Source of the DNA: Acidimicrobiaceae bacterium
Lineage (GTDB): Bacteria > Actinomycetota > Acidimicrobiia > Acidimicrobiales > JACDCH01
NCBI GenBank assembly: GCA_041166685.1
Contig: JBEEGD010000065.1
Span: forward strand, 1-35,878
Direction of reading: 5' to 3'
Length of the DNA stretch: 35,878 bases
A model generated the notes under the pieces. The model saw only the letters and a list, made by a program, of their open reading frames with translations, was not told where the DNA came from and searched no databases. Both the position numbers and the translations under genes were made by a program. How positions within the stretch are numbered: position 1 is the first letter of the stretch; each line of letters begins with the position of its first letter. Below are positions 24,365-32,616 of the stretch, piece by piece.

Positions 24365-25363
24365 CTATCCCTCGGTGAGGTGATGGCTGAGGCGCTTGCT
24401 CACCACGGCAACCGCTGCGAGGGCTTGGGGGTAGTTCATACGTGTCGGTCCGAGCACACCGATCGTGCCCGCTTCCTCGCCCTCGATCTCGTACGGGGCC
24501 ACGACCAGCGAGCACTCAGCCAAGGTTTCCAGCCCGGTCTCGACCCCGATGGCTACCTGCAGGCCACGATCGAGCACGTCACGCAACACCGTCACGACGA
24601 CGTACTGCTGTTCGAGGATCCCGAGGACCTCGCGCACGGTCTCGACGGCATCGAAGGCCAACGCCATACGCGACGCGCCGCCGACGAACATCTGCTCGTC
24701 GGTCTCGTGGAGGCCCTCCAGCGCGGCCACCGCAGTCGTGGTCAACGCGTCGGTGATCTGATCACCGGTGGAGGGGACCGTCGGGGGGACCTCGGTCGAC
24801 GCGCTACCCATCAAGTGTCTCGTCAGGTGGGCGGTAGCGGCCGCCAGGCGATCGTCCGTGACATCGGGGCCGACGTCGATCGTGCGTTTCTCGATGGCGC
24901 CGCTCGACAACACGAGCAGGACGAGGGCCACCCCTCCCCCCAGCCCTACGAGTTGAACCGACCGGATCGACGCGGCTTCGTGCGGCGGCCGTCCGATCAC
25001 GACGGCGGTGTGCTCCGTGAGGTCGGACAAGAGGCGGCTGGTGTCGTGGAGCATCTGCTCCAGCTCACCGTGGGCCTTGGCAAAGAACGAACGGACCTGT
25101 TGTACCTGGGCGGTCCCGAGCTGCCCCGGGCCGCGCAGGGTGTCGACGAAGTAGCGGTAGCCCTTGTCCGTGGGTACCCGCCCTGCACTCGTGTGGGGCT
25201 GGCGGAGGTACCCCTCGTGCTCGAGGGCCGCCATGTCATTGCGGACGGTGGCCGACGAGACGTTGACCGCGGGCGCGATGTGGCCCGACCCAACCGGCTG
25301 GGCCGTCGCGATGTATTCCTCTACAACGGCGCGGAGGATGGCGGCTTTTCGTTCGTCGAGCAT
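24365..25363 (-). CDS. hrcA: heat-inducible transcriptional repressor HrcA
   Basis: MLDERKAAILRAVVEEYIATAQPVGSGHIA... is a typical HrcA winged-helix N-terminus. I chose ATG 25363. The 65-aa track extension is Cys/Pro-rich and not protein-like. Confidence 0.95.
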   Translation of the reverse strand: MLDERKAAILRAVVEEYIATAQPVGSGHIAPAVNVSSATVRNDMAALEHEGYLRQPHTSAGRVPTDKGYRYFVDTLRGPGQLGTAQVQQVRSFFAKAHGELEQMLHDTSRLLSDLTEHTAVVIGRPPHEAASIRSVQLVGLGGGVALVLLVLSSGAIEKRTIDVGPDVTDDRLAAATAHLTRHLMGSASTEVPPTVPSTGDQITDALTTTAVAALEGLHETDEQMFVGGASRMALAFDAVETVREVLGILEQQYVVVTVLRDVLDRGLQVAIGVETGLETLAECSLVVAPYEIEGEEAGTIGVLGPTRMNYPQALAAVAVVSKRLSHHLTEG

Positions 25364-25578
25364 CAGCGTTCTGTCTGCCGAGTGCAGACCCGGACAGGCT
25401 CCATTGATGTTACCGATCCCCATTTGGCAGGGGTCGCGTTCGGTAGGCTCATCGGATACTTGAACCCTCTGATCACACGGTGTGTTGGACGCTTTGTCGT
25501 GGCCTGCGCACGGTCCGTAAGAGCAGGGATCACGCGCAGTGACGAGGAATCCTTCCATGACAGATCCGTTGCGGTGCG

Positions 25579-26439
25579 ATGACGGAGGACGAGGAGGAAA
25601 GGGTGCGGGAGCCGGGGCAGGACGGCGTGCCTGACGCGCGCGCCCGTCCGCTGCTCACCGATCTCGTCAATGAGCTGTCCGTGTCCCCTTCGGGGGTCGC
25701 GTTCATTGCTTCGTGTCTCGACCGTCTCGTCGCCGCGTGGGACCTTCGTGAAGCGCAGGCCGTGCTCAACGACGCCGTGCTGGGGCTGCAGTTGTTCAAC
25801 GCGGGACGACGTCCGTTCGAGCTCGACCGCCTGCCGTCAGGAATCTTGAACCGGGGCACAGGGATCCACACTGAACCGACGATGGTCGAGGAAGCCGACG
25901 ACCTCGACGCGATCGCCCGGTTGTGCGAGGTCGCGCTCCGCCTCGACCGGTTGCATTACGAGTCGCTCCACGATCCACTCACTGGCCTGTACAACCGCCG
26001 GGGCTTCGACGATCACCTTGGTGCATCGATCAGCCGTAGCGTCCGGTACGGCTGGAGCTTTGGGCTCGTGATCCTCGACCTCGACGGGTTCAAGGCCATC
26101 AACGACCGCATCGGCCATCAAGGTGGCGACACCGTGCTGCGTCAGGTCGGCGAGCAACTGCGTCACGGCTTGAGGGCGGGCGACATCGCGGCGCGTGTCG
26201 GCGGCGACGAGTTTGCGCTGCTGTTGCACATCGACGGTCCCAACTCCATCGAGGCGATCCTCGATCGGCTACATGGCCACCAAGGCAACAACGACGGCGA
26301 CATCACCTGGACCGCCGGGTTGGCGATGTGTCCCGACGAAGCATCGACCGTCGACGACCTGTACCGCGTCGCCGACCAGCGGCTCTATGAGTCGAAAGCC
26401 GCAACATCGAAGCGCAGCAACGCGCCCTCACGGTCGTAG
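25579..26439 (+). CDS. diguanylate cyclase (GGDEF domain) with uncharacterised N-terminal domain
   Basis: HDPLTGLYNRRGFDDHL...LVILDLDGFKAINDRIGHQGGDTVL...RAGDIAARVGGDEFALLL spans the domain. The GGDEF active site is intact, with an RxxD I-site (RAGD) exactly 5 residues upstream (26173-26214). I recognise no sensor fold in the N-terminal 130 aa or so. Confidence 0.9.
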   Translation: MTEDEEERVREPGQDGVPDARARPLLTDLVNELSVSPSGVAFIASCLDRLVAAWDLREAQAVLNDAVLGLQLFNAGRRPFELDRLPSGILNRGTGIHTEPTMVEEADDLDAIARLCEVALRLDRLHYESLHDPLTGLYNRRGFDDHLGASISRSVRYGWSFGLVILDLDGFKAINDRIGHQGGDTVLRQVGEQLRHGLRAGDIAARVGGDEFALLLHIDGPNSIEAILDRLHGHQGNNDGDITWTAGLAMCPDEASTVDDLYRVADQRLYESKAATSKRSNAPSRS

Positions 26440-26449
26440 CCACATCACG

Positions 26450-26692
26450 ATGACGACCGACCTCGACCGCCTCGAGCTCGAGCTGCGCTGCGTGCCGGGC
26501 GTCGTTGCCGTGGGCCTCGACCGTGACAGCGACGGCGAGGGCCTCCTCGTGCAGGCAGTCGTACTGGCGTCGGTGGCGCCTCAAGATCTACGGGCTCGCA
26601 TCCGGCGCGTCGTCGACGCCAACGTGCGCGAACCGGTCAGCCTCGAGATCGTCGTCGACTCGCTCTCATCGCCGCACTCCGCATCAGCCTGA
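26450..26692 (+). CDS. small hypothetical protein (80 aa)
   Basis: The ATG lies 10 nt after the GGDEF stop and GC3 is strong. MTTDLDRLELELRCVPGVVAVGLDRDSDGEGLLVQAVV..EPVSLEIVVD suggests a small alpha/beta domain. No Shine-Dalgarno sequence is visible. Confidence 0.55.
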   Translation: MTTDLDRLELELRCVPGVVAVGLDRDSDGEGLLVQAVVLASVAPQDLRARIRRVVDANVREPVSLEIVVDSLSSPHSASA

Positions 26693-26701
26693 TCCGGACG
26701 G

Positions 26702-28486
26702 CTAGTCGTCCATCCGCAACGCGCTGATGAACGCCTCTTGCGGAACTTCGACTCGCCCGATCGACTTCATCTTCTTCTTCCCTTCCTTTTGGCGCTCGAG
26801 CAGCTTGCGCTTGCGTGTGATGTCGCCGCCGTAGCACTTTGCCAGCACGTCCTTGCGCTTGGCCTTCACCGTCTCTCTCGCGATGATCCGGCCGCCGATT
26901 GCCGCTTGGATTGGAACGTCGAACATCTGGCGCGGGATCAACTCGCGCAGCTTCTCGGCCATCCGCCGGCCATAGTCGTACGACTTGTCACGATGCACGA
27001 TCGTGCTGAACGCGTCAGCGATCACGCCGTTCAAGAGGATGTCGACCCTCACGAGGTTGCCCGGCTCGTAACCGGCCGGCTCATAGTCGAGGCTTGCGTA
27101 CCCCTGCGTGCGTGACTTGAGCTGATCGAAGAAGTCGATCACGACTTCCGCCAGAGGGATGCGGTACACGAGCTCCACGCGCTCAGGCGAGAGGTACTCG
27201 AGCTTCTTCATGTCGCCGCGGCGTTGCTGACACAACTCCATCAGCGTGCCCGTGTACGTCGTGGGCGTGAGCAGGGTGACGGTGAACATCGGCTCTTCGA
27301 TGCTGGCGATCTCCTGCGCCTCGGGCATCTCCGCCGGGCTGTGCACGGCCAGCGTGTCGCCCGCGGTCGTGTTGACGCGGTACTCGACGGAGGGAGCCGT
27401 CGAGATCAGCGCCAGGTTGAACTCGCGCTCGAGACGCTCACGGACGATCTCCATGTGCAGGAGCCCGAGGAATCCGCACCGGAACCCGAACCCCAACGCC
27501 TGCGAGCTCTCTGGCTCGTACGTGAAGCTCGAGTCGTTGAGCCGCAGCTTCTCCAGCGCCTCGCGCAGGTCCGAGAAGTCGTCGCCCTCGATCGGATACA
27601 GCCCGCAGAAAACCATCGGCTTCGGTTCGAGATAACCGGGCAGCGGCTCCTTCGAGGGGTGCGCCGCGTCCGTGACGGTCTCGCCGGAACGCGCCTCGCC
27701 GACGTCCTTGATGCCGGCAATGAGGTAGCCGACCTCGCCGGGGCCGAGGCTCGCCACCGGGGTGTTGACCGGGAGACGCACGCCCACCTCGTCGGCGTCG
27801 TAGACCGAGTCGGCCTGCATGAAGCGCAAACGTGAGCCAGTGGTCAGCGTGCCGTTCATCACGCGAACCGAACTGATGACGCCGCGGTACTGATCGAAAT
27901 GAGAATCGAAGATCAGAGCCTGCAACGGCTCATCGACACTCCCAGTCGGCGGCGGGATGCGTTCGATCACGGCGTCGAGCAACTCCGGCACCCCCTCGCC
28001 CGTCTTGGCGCTGATGCGCAGGATCTCACTCGCAGGGATGCCGAGCACCCGCTCGATCTCGTCCGCGTAGCGATCTGGCTCGGCTGCGGGCAGGTCGATC
28101 TTGTTCAAGGCCGCGACGATGTCGAGGTTGTTCTCCATCGCGAGATAGCAGTTGGCGAGCGTCTGGGCCTCGATCCCCTGCGCTGCGTCCACCAGGAGAA
28201 TCACCCCGTCGCAGGCGGCGAGCGAACGGGACACCTCGTAGCCGAAGTCCACGTGGCCCGGCGTGTCGATCATGTTGATGATGTGGTCACGCCAGTTCAG
28301 GCGCACCGACTGGAGCTTGATCGTGATGCCGCGCTCCCGCTCGAGCTCCATCGAGTCGAGGTATTGCGCTCGCATGTCCCGCAGATCGACCGCGCCGGTC
28401 AGCTCGAGAAGGCGATCGGACAGCGTGGTCTTGCCATGGTCGATGTGGGCGATCACGGCGATGTCACGGAGGCGGGAGAGATCCAT
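26702..28486 (-). CDS. lepA: translation elongation factor 4 (LepA)
   Basis: [27 protein letters not shown] and NKID are followed by the LepA-specific C-terminal domain (..[31 protein letters not shown]..). I chose ATG 28486 because the 17-codon extension to GTG 28537 has visibly lower GC3. Confidence 0.96.
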   Translation of the reverse strand: MDLSRLRDIAVIAHIDHGKTTLSDRLLELTGAVDLRDMRAQYLDSMELERERGITIKLQSVRLNWRDHIINMIDTPGHVDFGYEVSRSLAACDGVILLVDAAQGIEAQTLANCYLAMENNLDIVAALNKIDLPAAEPDRYADEIERVLGIPASEILRISAKTGEGVPELLDAVIERIPPPTGSVDEPLQALIFDSHFDQYRGVISSVRVMNGTLTTGSRLRFMQADSVYDADEVGVRLPVNTPVASLGPGEVGYLIAGIKDVGEARSGETVTDAAHPSKEPLPGYLEPKPMVFCGLYPIEGDDFSDLREALEKLRLNDSSFTYEPESSQALGFGFRCGFLGLLHMEIVRERLEREFNLALISTAPSVEYRVNTTAGDTLAVHSPAEMPEAQEIASIEEPMFTVTLLTPTTYTGTLMELCQQRRGDMKKLEYLSPERVELVYRIPLAEVVIDFFDQLKSRTQGYASLDYEPAGYEPGNLVRVDILLNGVIADAFSTIVHRDKSYDYGRRMAEKLRELIPRQMFDVPIQAAIGGRIIARETVKAKRKDVLAKCYGGDITRKRKLLERQKEGKKKMKSIGRVEVPQEAFISALRMDD

Positions 28487-28508
28487 GGGCACAGCGACGG
28501 TAGCAATG

Positions 28509-28525
28509 GCGGGTGTGACACCCGC
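28509..28525. promoter_or_regulatory. perfect 8+1+8 palindrome in the divergent lepA-rpsT intergenic region
   Basis: GCGGGTGT-G-ACACCCGC lies at 28509-28525, 23 nt upstream of the preferred lepA ATG. It is a candidate operator or 5'-UTR hairpin. Confidence 0.3.
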
Positions 28526-28579
28526 TCGTCCGGCCACTACCCTGTCCCGGCTGTCCTAGAAGCCGAGTCAGGGATTTTC

Positions 28580-28855
28580 GTGGCCAACATCAAGAGCCAG
28601 ATCAAGCGCAACCGTCAGAACGAGAAGCGTCACGCTCGCAACAAGGCCGTGCGCTCCGAGCTGAAGACGCGCGTGAAGCGGGCCATCACCGCCGCCGAGC
28701 AGGGCGGAGAGAATGCTGCCGAGGCCGCCAAGTTGGCCATCCGGCGCCTCGACAAGGCCGCCACGAAGGGCGTCATCCACAAGAACGCCGCCGCCCGTCG
28801 CAAGTCCCGCCTGCAGAAGCGCCTCAACCGCGCGGGAGCGTCCGCGGAGACGTAG
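28580..28855 (+). CDS. rpsT: 30S ribosomal protein S20
   Basis: The product starts at GTG 28580 and reads [34 protein letters not shown]...[13 protein letters not shown], a typical bS20. The rest of the 318-aa track ORF is antisense to lepA. Confidence 0.95.
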   Translation: MANIKSQIKRNRQNEKRHARNKAVRSELKTRVKRAITAAEQGGENAAEAAKLAIRRLDKAATKGVIHKNAAARRKSRLQKRLNRAGASAET

Positions 28856-28857
28856 CG

Positions 28858-29877
28858 CTATCGCGCCGCCCGGCTGAGATTGGTCAGCCGAGCGATCAGC
28901 AGTTCCATCACCAGGTCGTCGGCCACCTCACGCGGATACGCCCGCTCCCCCCGCAGATCACGATCGGCGCGGGCGAGCAGCGCGATGGCTTGGGCGAGCT
29001 TGTCGTGACCGAGGCGCCGGCCCTGGTCGAGCGCCTTGCGCGCCGGGAACGTCGAACCCCGCATACCCAGCGCGGCAGCCGCGTCCTTCTCACTCCGAAC
29101 GTCGACTCCGTCCAGCGCCAGCATCCGGGTGTAGTGCCCATGGAGCGAGGACATGACCTGCAGCGAATGGCGTTCGCCGGCGCCGAGCAGGCGATGCAGG
29201 CGGTCGAGCGCTCCCGGGATGTCGCCCTTGTCGATGGCATCAGTCAATGCCCATGGAGCCAACGCTCCCTCATCGCCGAGGTAGGGCGCGATGTCGTCAC
29301 TCGTGAGCTTCGCTCCTGGACCGTACGTCGAGGTGAGCGTTTGGAGAAGCCCGCGTAGCCGGCCGACGTCCTCACCCAAGTGCGACGCCAGCAACTCGCG
29401 CGCGGGGCCGTCGACTTTGAGACCTGATTGGTCGAGCTGCTCCCCGAACCACGCCTTCGCGTTGCGTCCGGGGGAGGCGTCGACGACCGCGCCGCCGCCG
29501 GCCTTCAGCCCGTCGGCAAGACGTTTCGGGACCGCGCCGCTCTCCCACGTCAGTACCAGGTACACGTCGCCCAGCGGCTCGGCCGCCACCGCACTCAACC
29601 CCGTCAGCTCATCTGCCTTGGCGCCATGGACCCCGCGCCCGACCACGATGCGGCGCGGCGTCAGGAACGGCGGTGTCTGGGCGGCGTCGACCAGCGCCGC
29701 GAGCTGCGAGGCGCGGTCTTCTTTGTTCTCGCCGGTGATCTCGACCTCTTCGACCATCAGCGAACGATCACCGTCGCCGACGAGCGCGTCGACGAGTTCG
29801 ATCACCGCGTCACGGATGAGCGACGGTTCATCGCCCTTGACGAGCTGCACGAGCGGCAAAGATGTGGCCTTCGCCAT
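28858..29877 (-). CDS. holA: DNA polymerase III subunit delta (HolA)
   Basis: MAKATSLPLVQLVKGDEPSLIRDAVIELV... fits HolA in length (about 339 aa) and layout, and the gene lies downstream of comEC. The ATG shares a base with the folP-like stop (TGATG). Confidence 0.8.
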   Translation of the reverse strand: MAKATSLPLVQLVKGDEPSLIRDAVIELVDALVGDGDRSLMVEEVEITGENKEDRASQLAALVDAAQTPPFLTPRRIVVGRGVHGAKADELTGLSAVAAEPLGDVYLVLTWESGAVPKRLADGLKAGGGAVVDASPGRNAKAWFGEQLDQSGLKVDGPARELLASHLGEDVGRLRGLLQTLTSTYGPGAKLTSDDIAPYLGDEGALAPWALTDAIDKGDIPGALDRLHRLLGAGERHSLQVMSSLHGHYTRMLALDGVDVRSEKDAAAALGMRGSTFPARKALDQGRRLGHDKLAQAIALLARADRDLRGERAYPREVADDLVMELLIARLTNLSRAAR

Positions 29878-30707
29878 CACGCCGCTTGGAGGATCTGGCC
29901 GATGACGTGGGCAACCCGTCGAGCAGCACGCACGTCGTGGGCCCGCAGGATTCGGCAGCCGAGCGCGAGGCCGAGCGCATGAGCTGCATTGGTCGCGTCC
30001 GCCCGATCGGTGACCTCTGTACCGAGCAGATGGCCGAGGAATCGTTTGTTGGACGCCGACAGGTAGACCGGATAACCGAGCGTCACCAAGCGATCGGACG
30101 CGCGTAGCAGGATCAGCGAATCGGGCTCGGTCTTCCCGAGGTCCAAGCCGGCGTCGAGCATGATGCGTTCGCGCGGAATCCCGGCGCCTTCCGCCCGTTG
30201 CGCCCGATCCCTCAGGAAGTCGCACACCGCCGCGACTACGTCGTCGTACTGCGGGTTCGGATCGGGCACGCGCGGACGTAGCCGGATGTGCGTCGCGACC
30301 ACTGACGCGCCGGCCTCGCTACACACGGCGAGATAGTCGGGGTCGGCGAAACCACTGATGTCGTTGCCCACCACTGCGCCCGCTCGAAACGACGCGCGGG
30401 CCACAGACGCTCGCCACGTATCGATGCACAGCGGCACGTCGAAACGCGCGAACAAGGCCTCGACGGCCGGCACAACTCGATCGAGTTCTTCTTGCTCACT
30501 GACGTCAGGACCCGGTCCCGCCTTCACACCACCGACGTCGAGCATGTCGGCCCCGTCGGCTACGAGACCCTCGGCCTTGCGCAGGAACTCGTCGAACCCG
30601 AAGTACGTGCCCTGGTCGAAGAACGAGTCAGGCGTCCGGTTGAGGATGCCAACGACGAGCGCGGTGGTGCTGATGTCGAATCGTCGGTCACCCAGCTCCA
30701 AGTGCAT
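29877..30707 (-). CDS. dihydropteroate synthase family protein (FolP-like, diverged loop 2)
   Basis: It keeps the DHPS TIM-barrel signatures GILNRTPDSFFDQG, CIDT, GNDIS, MLDAGLDLGK, SNKRF and ILRAHDV. Loop 2 reads DVGGVKAGPG (30510-30533), where E. coli has DVGGESTRPG. Confidence 0.88.
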   Translation of the reverse strand: MHLELGDRRFDISTTALVVGILNRTPDSFFDQGTYFGFDEFLRKAEGLVADGADMLDVGGVKAGPGPDVSEQEELDRVVPAVEALFARFDVPLCIDTWRASVARASFRAGAVVGNDISGFADPDYLAVCSEAGASVVATHIRLRPRVPDPNPQYDDVVAAVCDFLRDRAQRAEGAGIPRERIMLDAGLDLGKTEPDSLILLRASDRLVTLGYPVYLSASNKRFLGHLLGTEVTDRADATNAAHALGLALGCRILRAHDVRAARRVAHVIGQILQAA

Positions 30708-30718
30708 CGCAAGGGAAC

Positions 30719-32494
30719 CTACACCGGCGGTCCGCGCGCATTGCCGCTCGAAAGGACCGTGATCTCGACCGTTAGCCGCCCACCGACTGGACGGATGTCG
30801 ACCCGCAGTTCACCGGCCGCGACCGTTGCCGGATGGGCACCCGGCGTGGGCGTCACCAACCGCCCGATCGAGAACCGTCGCCGCAGCGCGTCAAGGACTT
30901 CGTTCAGCGACGCGCTCGACGTACGGGCAACAACGACGTCGAGATCGCGAACGCCCTCTCGCCGCAACGCCTCGAGCAGGCGCGGCGCGTTGACGCGCCC
31001 GTCGAGATCAAGGACGGCAGCATCAGCTCGCCACAAGATGGCGCCGGGTGTGAGCGTCGCATGTAACGGCGGCTGTGCGCGAAGACCGAGCGCCGGCGCC
31101 ACCAGAGCGCTGACGATCAGAACCACGCCGCCACGCCGGGCGCCGACGAAGCCGACAGAGTGAGCCGCGGCGACGAGCGCCGAACCGCCGGCGAGGACGA
31201 GTAGCTCTCGCCCATGAATCTCGCCGAGCGGGAGTGCGGCCGCTTGGTGTGCCACCGACGCAATCCATCCGATCATCATGCTCGTCGGCCAGTGCAAGAA
31301 CGCAGCCGTCGGGCGCCCCGTGATGCCGGCGACGACGCCCGCGGCCAGACCCCACACCATGACCGGCCCCGCGGCCGGAGCGGCGAGAAGGTTGGCGGGC
31401 ACACCAGCCCCCGGGAAACCGCCGAAAACGGCGATGAGCAGGGGCGCAACGCCGGCCTGGGCGCCCAGCGTGACGGCCAGGGACTCGGCCAACGACCGCG
31501 GTCCGGGCAGGAACCGAGCGATCACCGGCGACAGCACGACGATGCCCACGCACGCACCAGCGGACAACTGGAACCCGACGCTACGCACGAGAAACGGATC
31601 GACGAGCACGAGTGCCGTGACGGCCAAGGCGAGAAGCCGAATGCTCGACGCCTCTCGACCGAGCGTCGATGCCGCAACCGCCAGCGCAGCCATCGCTGAT
31701 GCCCGGAGCACCGACGGCTCGAACCGGGTGACGAGCGCGAAGAAACCGATCACCGCGAGCGTGGCCGGCAACCGAGACCACAGCCCGAGCCGACGTACGA
31801 ACGGCCCCGCCAGTGCAAGGACGAACGCGACGTTCTGTCCGGAAACAGCCAGCAGGTGCGACAACCCCGCCCCGCGGAAGTCGTCGGCGATGTCGGCCGG
31901 TTGTCCTCTCGTGTCGCCCAGCACGAAGCCGAGGAACAGCGCCCGTTGACGGTCCGGCAGAACGTCGGCGCCCCGAGCGAGCAGGTCGCGGAGCCCGTTG
32001 GCCGCGCGCATCCAAGGCGGCCCCGCGGAGCGCTTCATGACGTGGTCGATCGCGAGTACTCCGACGACATGGCGCGCCGCGAGCCATGTGGCACCCGGCG
32101 GCGGACGCTCGAGCCGCCCGACGAGCAGCACGCGGTTGCCAGCTTGCGCGACGCGGAGCGCGTCGAGGCCGGCCCTCGACCGAGTGACCGCCTGTAGATG
32201 GCGCCCATCCTCGAGTCGCACATCGGCACGCACCCCGGACCCGCTCGACTCGGGATCGGTGAGCATGGTCGCCCATCCCTCGAAGGCACCCGGGTCCGGG
32301 GCGACCAGACCGGCGTTGGCGCGCGCCGCCAACCCACCGGCCAACAGCAGTACACCAACCGCGAGCGCTGTCGGCCGCCGCACCGCCACGGCCAACACCA
32401 CGAACCCCAGACCGATCCACGGCGAAGGCCCCCGCGCGATCAGCGCGCCGACGACGGCGGCGACCGCGACGAGCACCGCAGCGTGATCGCGCAC
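30719..32494 (-). CDS. comEC: DNA internalisation competence protein ComEC/Rec2 (C-terminal metallo-beta-lactamase-like part degenerate)
   Basis: It is a polytopic membrane protein with the ComEC core (..LFLGFVLGDTRGQPADIADDFRGAGLSHLLAVSGQNVAFVL..). I chose GTG 32494. The C-terminal 120 aa or so lack HxHxDH and read VVVARTSSAS at the equivalent place (30908-30928). Confidence 0.88.
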   Translation of the reverse strand: MRDHAAVLVAVAAVVGALIARGPSPWIGLGFVVLAVAVRRPTALAVGVLLLAGGLAARANAGLVAPDPGAFEGWATMLTDPESSGSGVRADVRLEDGRHLQAVTRSRAGLDALRVAQAGNRVLLVGRLERPPPGATWLAARHVVGVLAIDHVMKRSAGPPWMRAANGLRDLLARGADVLPDRQRALFLGFVLGDTRGQPADIADDFRGAGLSHLLAVSGQNVAFVLALAGPFVRRLGLWSRLPATLAVIGFFALVTRFEPSVLRASAMAALAVAASTLGREASSIRLLALAVTALVLVDPFLVRSVGFQLSAGACVGIVVLSPVIARFLPGPRSLAESLAVTLGAQAGVAPLLIAVFGGFPGAGVPANLLAAPAAGPVMVWGLAAGVVAGITGRPTAAFLHWPTSMMIGWIASVAHQAAALPLGEIHGRELLVLAGGSALVAAAHSVGFVGARRGGVVLIVSALVAPALGLRAQPPLHATLTPGAILWRADAAVLDLDGRVNAPRLLEALRREGVRDLDVVVARTSSASLNEVLDALRRRFSIGRLVTPTPGAHPATVAAGELRVDIRPVGGRLTVEITVLSSGNARGPPV

Positions 32495-32616
32495 GCACCC
32501 TCCCGATGGTCGATGTTGTCGGATACCGGGGAAGGGCGCGGTGACGCGCGCGGGAAAGATTAGGAGCGGGGTGTGACAGCGGGAACCAGCGGCAGGAGTC
32601 GTTCGTCCGACCGTGC

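Noticed and set aside
25380-25388. Possible CIRCE operator upstream of hrcA (GAGTGCAGA resembles the GAGTGCTAA half-site)
   Set aside because: Only one half-site is present. The position where the partner GCACTC arm should lie (25362-25370) reads ATCAGCGTT and overlaps the hrcA start codon. By eye I found no full TTAGCACTC-N9-GAGTGCTAA element anywhere in 25364-25578.
25459-25479. HspR HAIR-like element (CTTGAAC-N7-TCACACG) in the hrcA/GGDEF intergenic region
   Set aside because: The left arm matches CTTGAGT at 5 of 7 positions. The right arm does not resemble ACTCAAG, so there is no inverted repeat.
23546-25582. 678-aa plus-strand ORF, the longest in the track, spanning dnaJ and hrcA
   Set aside because: It is antisense to two unmistakable genes. 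Its Arg/Gly/His/Asp/Val-rich composition has no motifs. This is the usual shadow ORF produced by high GC3 on the true coding strand.
28487-28537. Longer LepA start at GTG 28537
   Set aside because: The 17 extra codons have clearly lower third-position GC than the rest of the gene and contain the perfect palindrome. I prefer ATG 28486, but the longer start cannot be excluded without N-terminal data.
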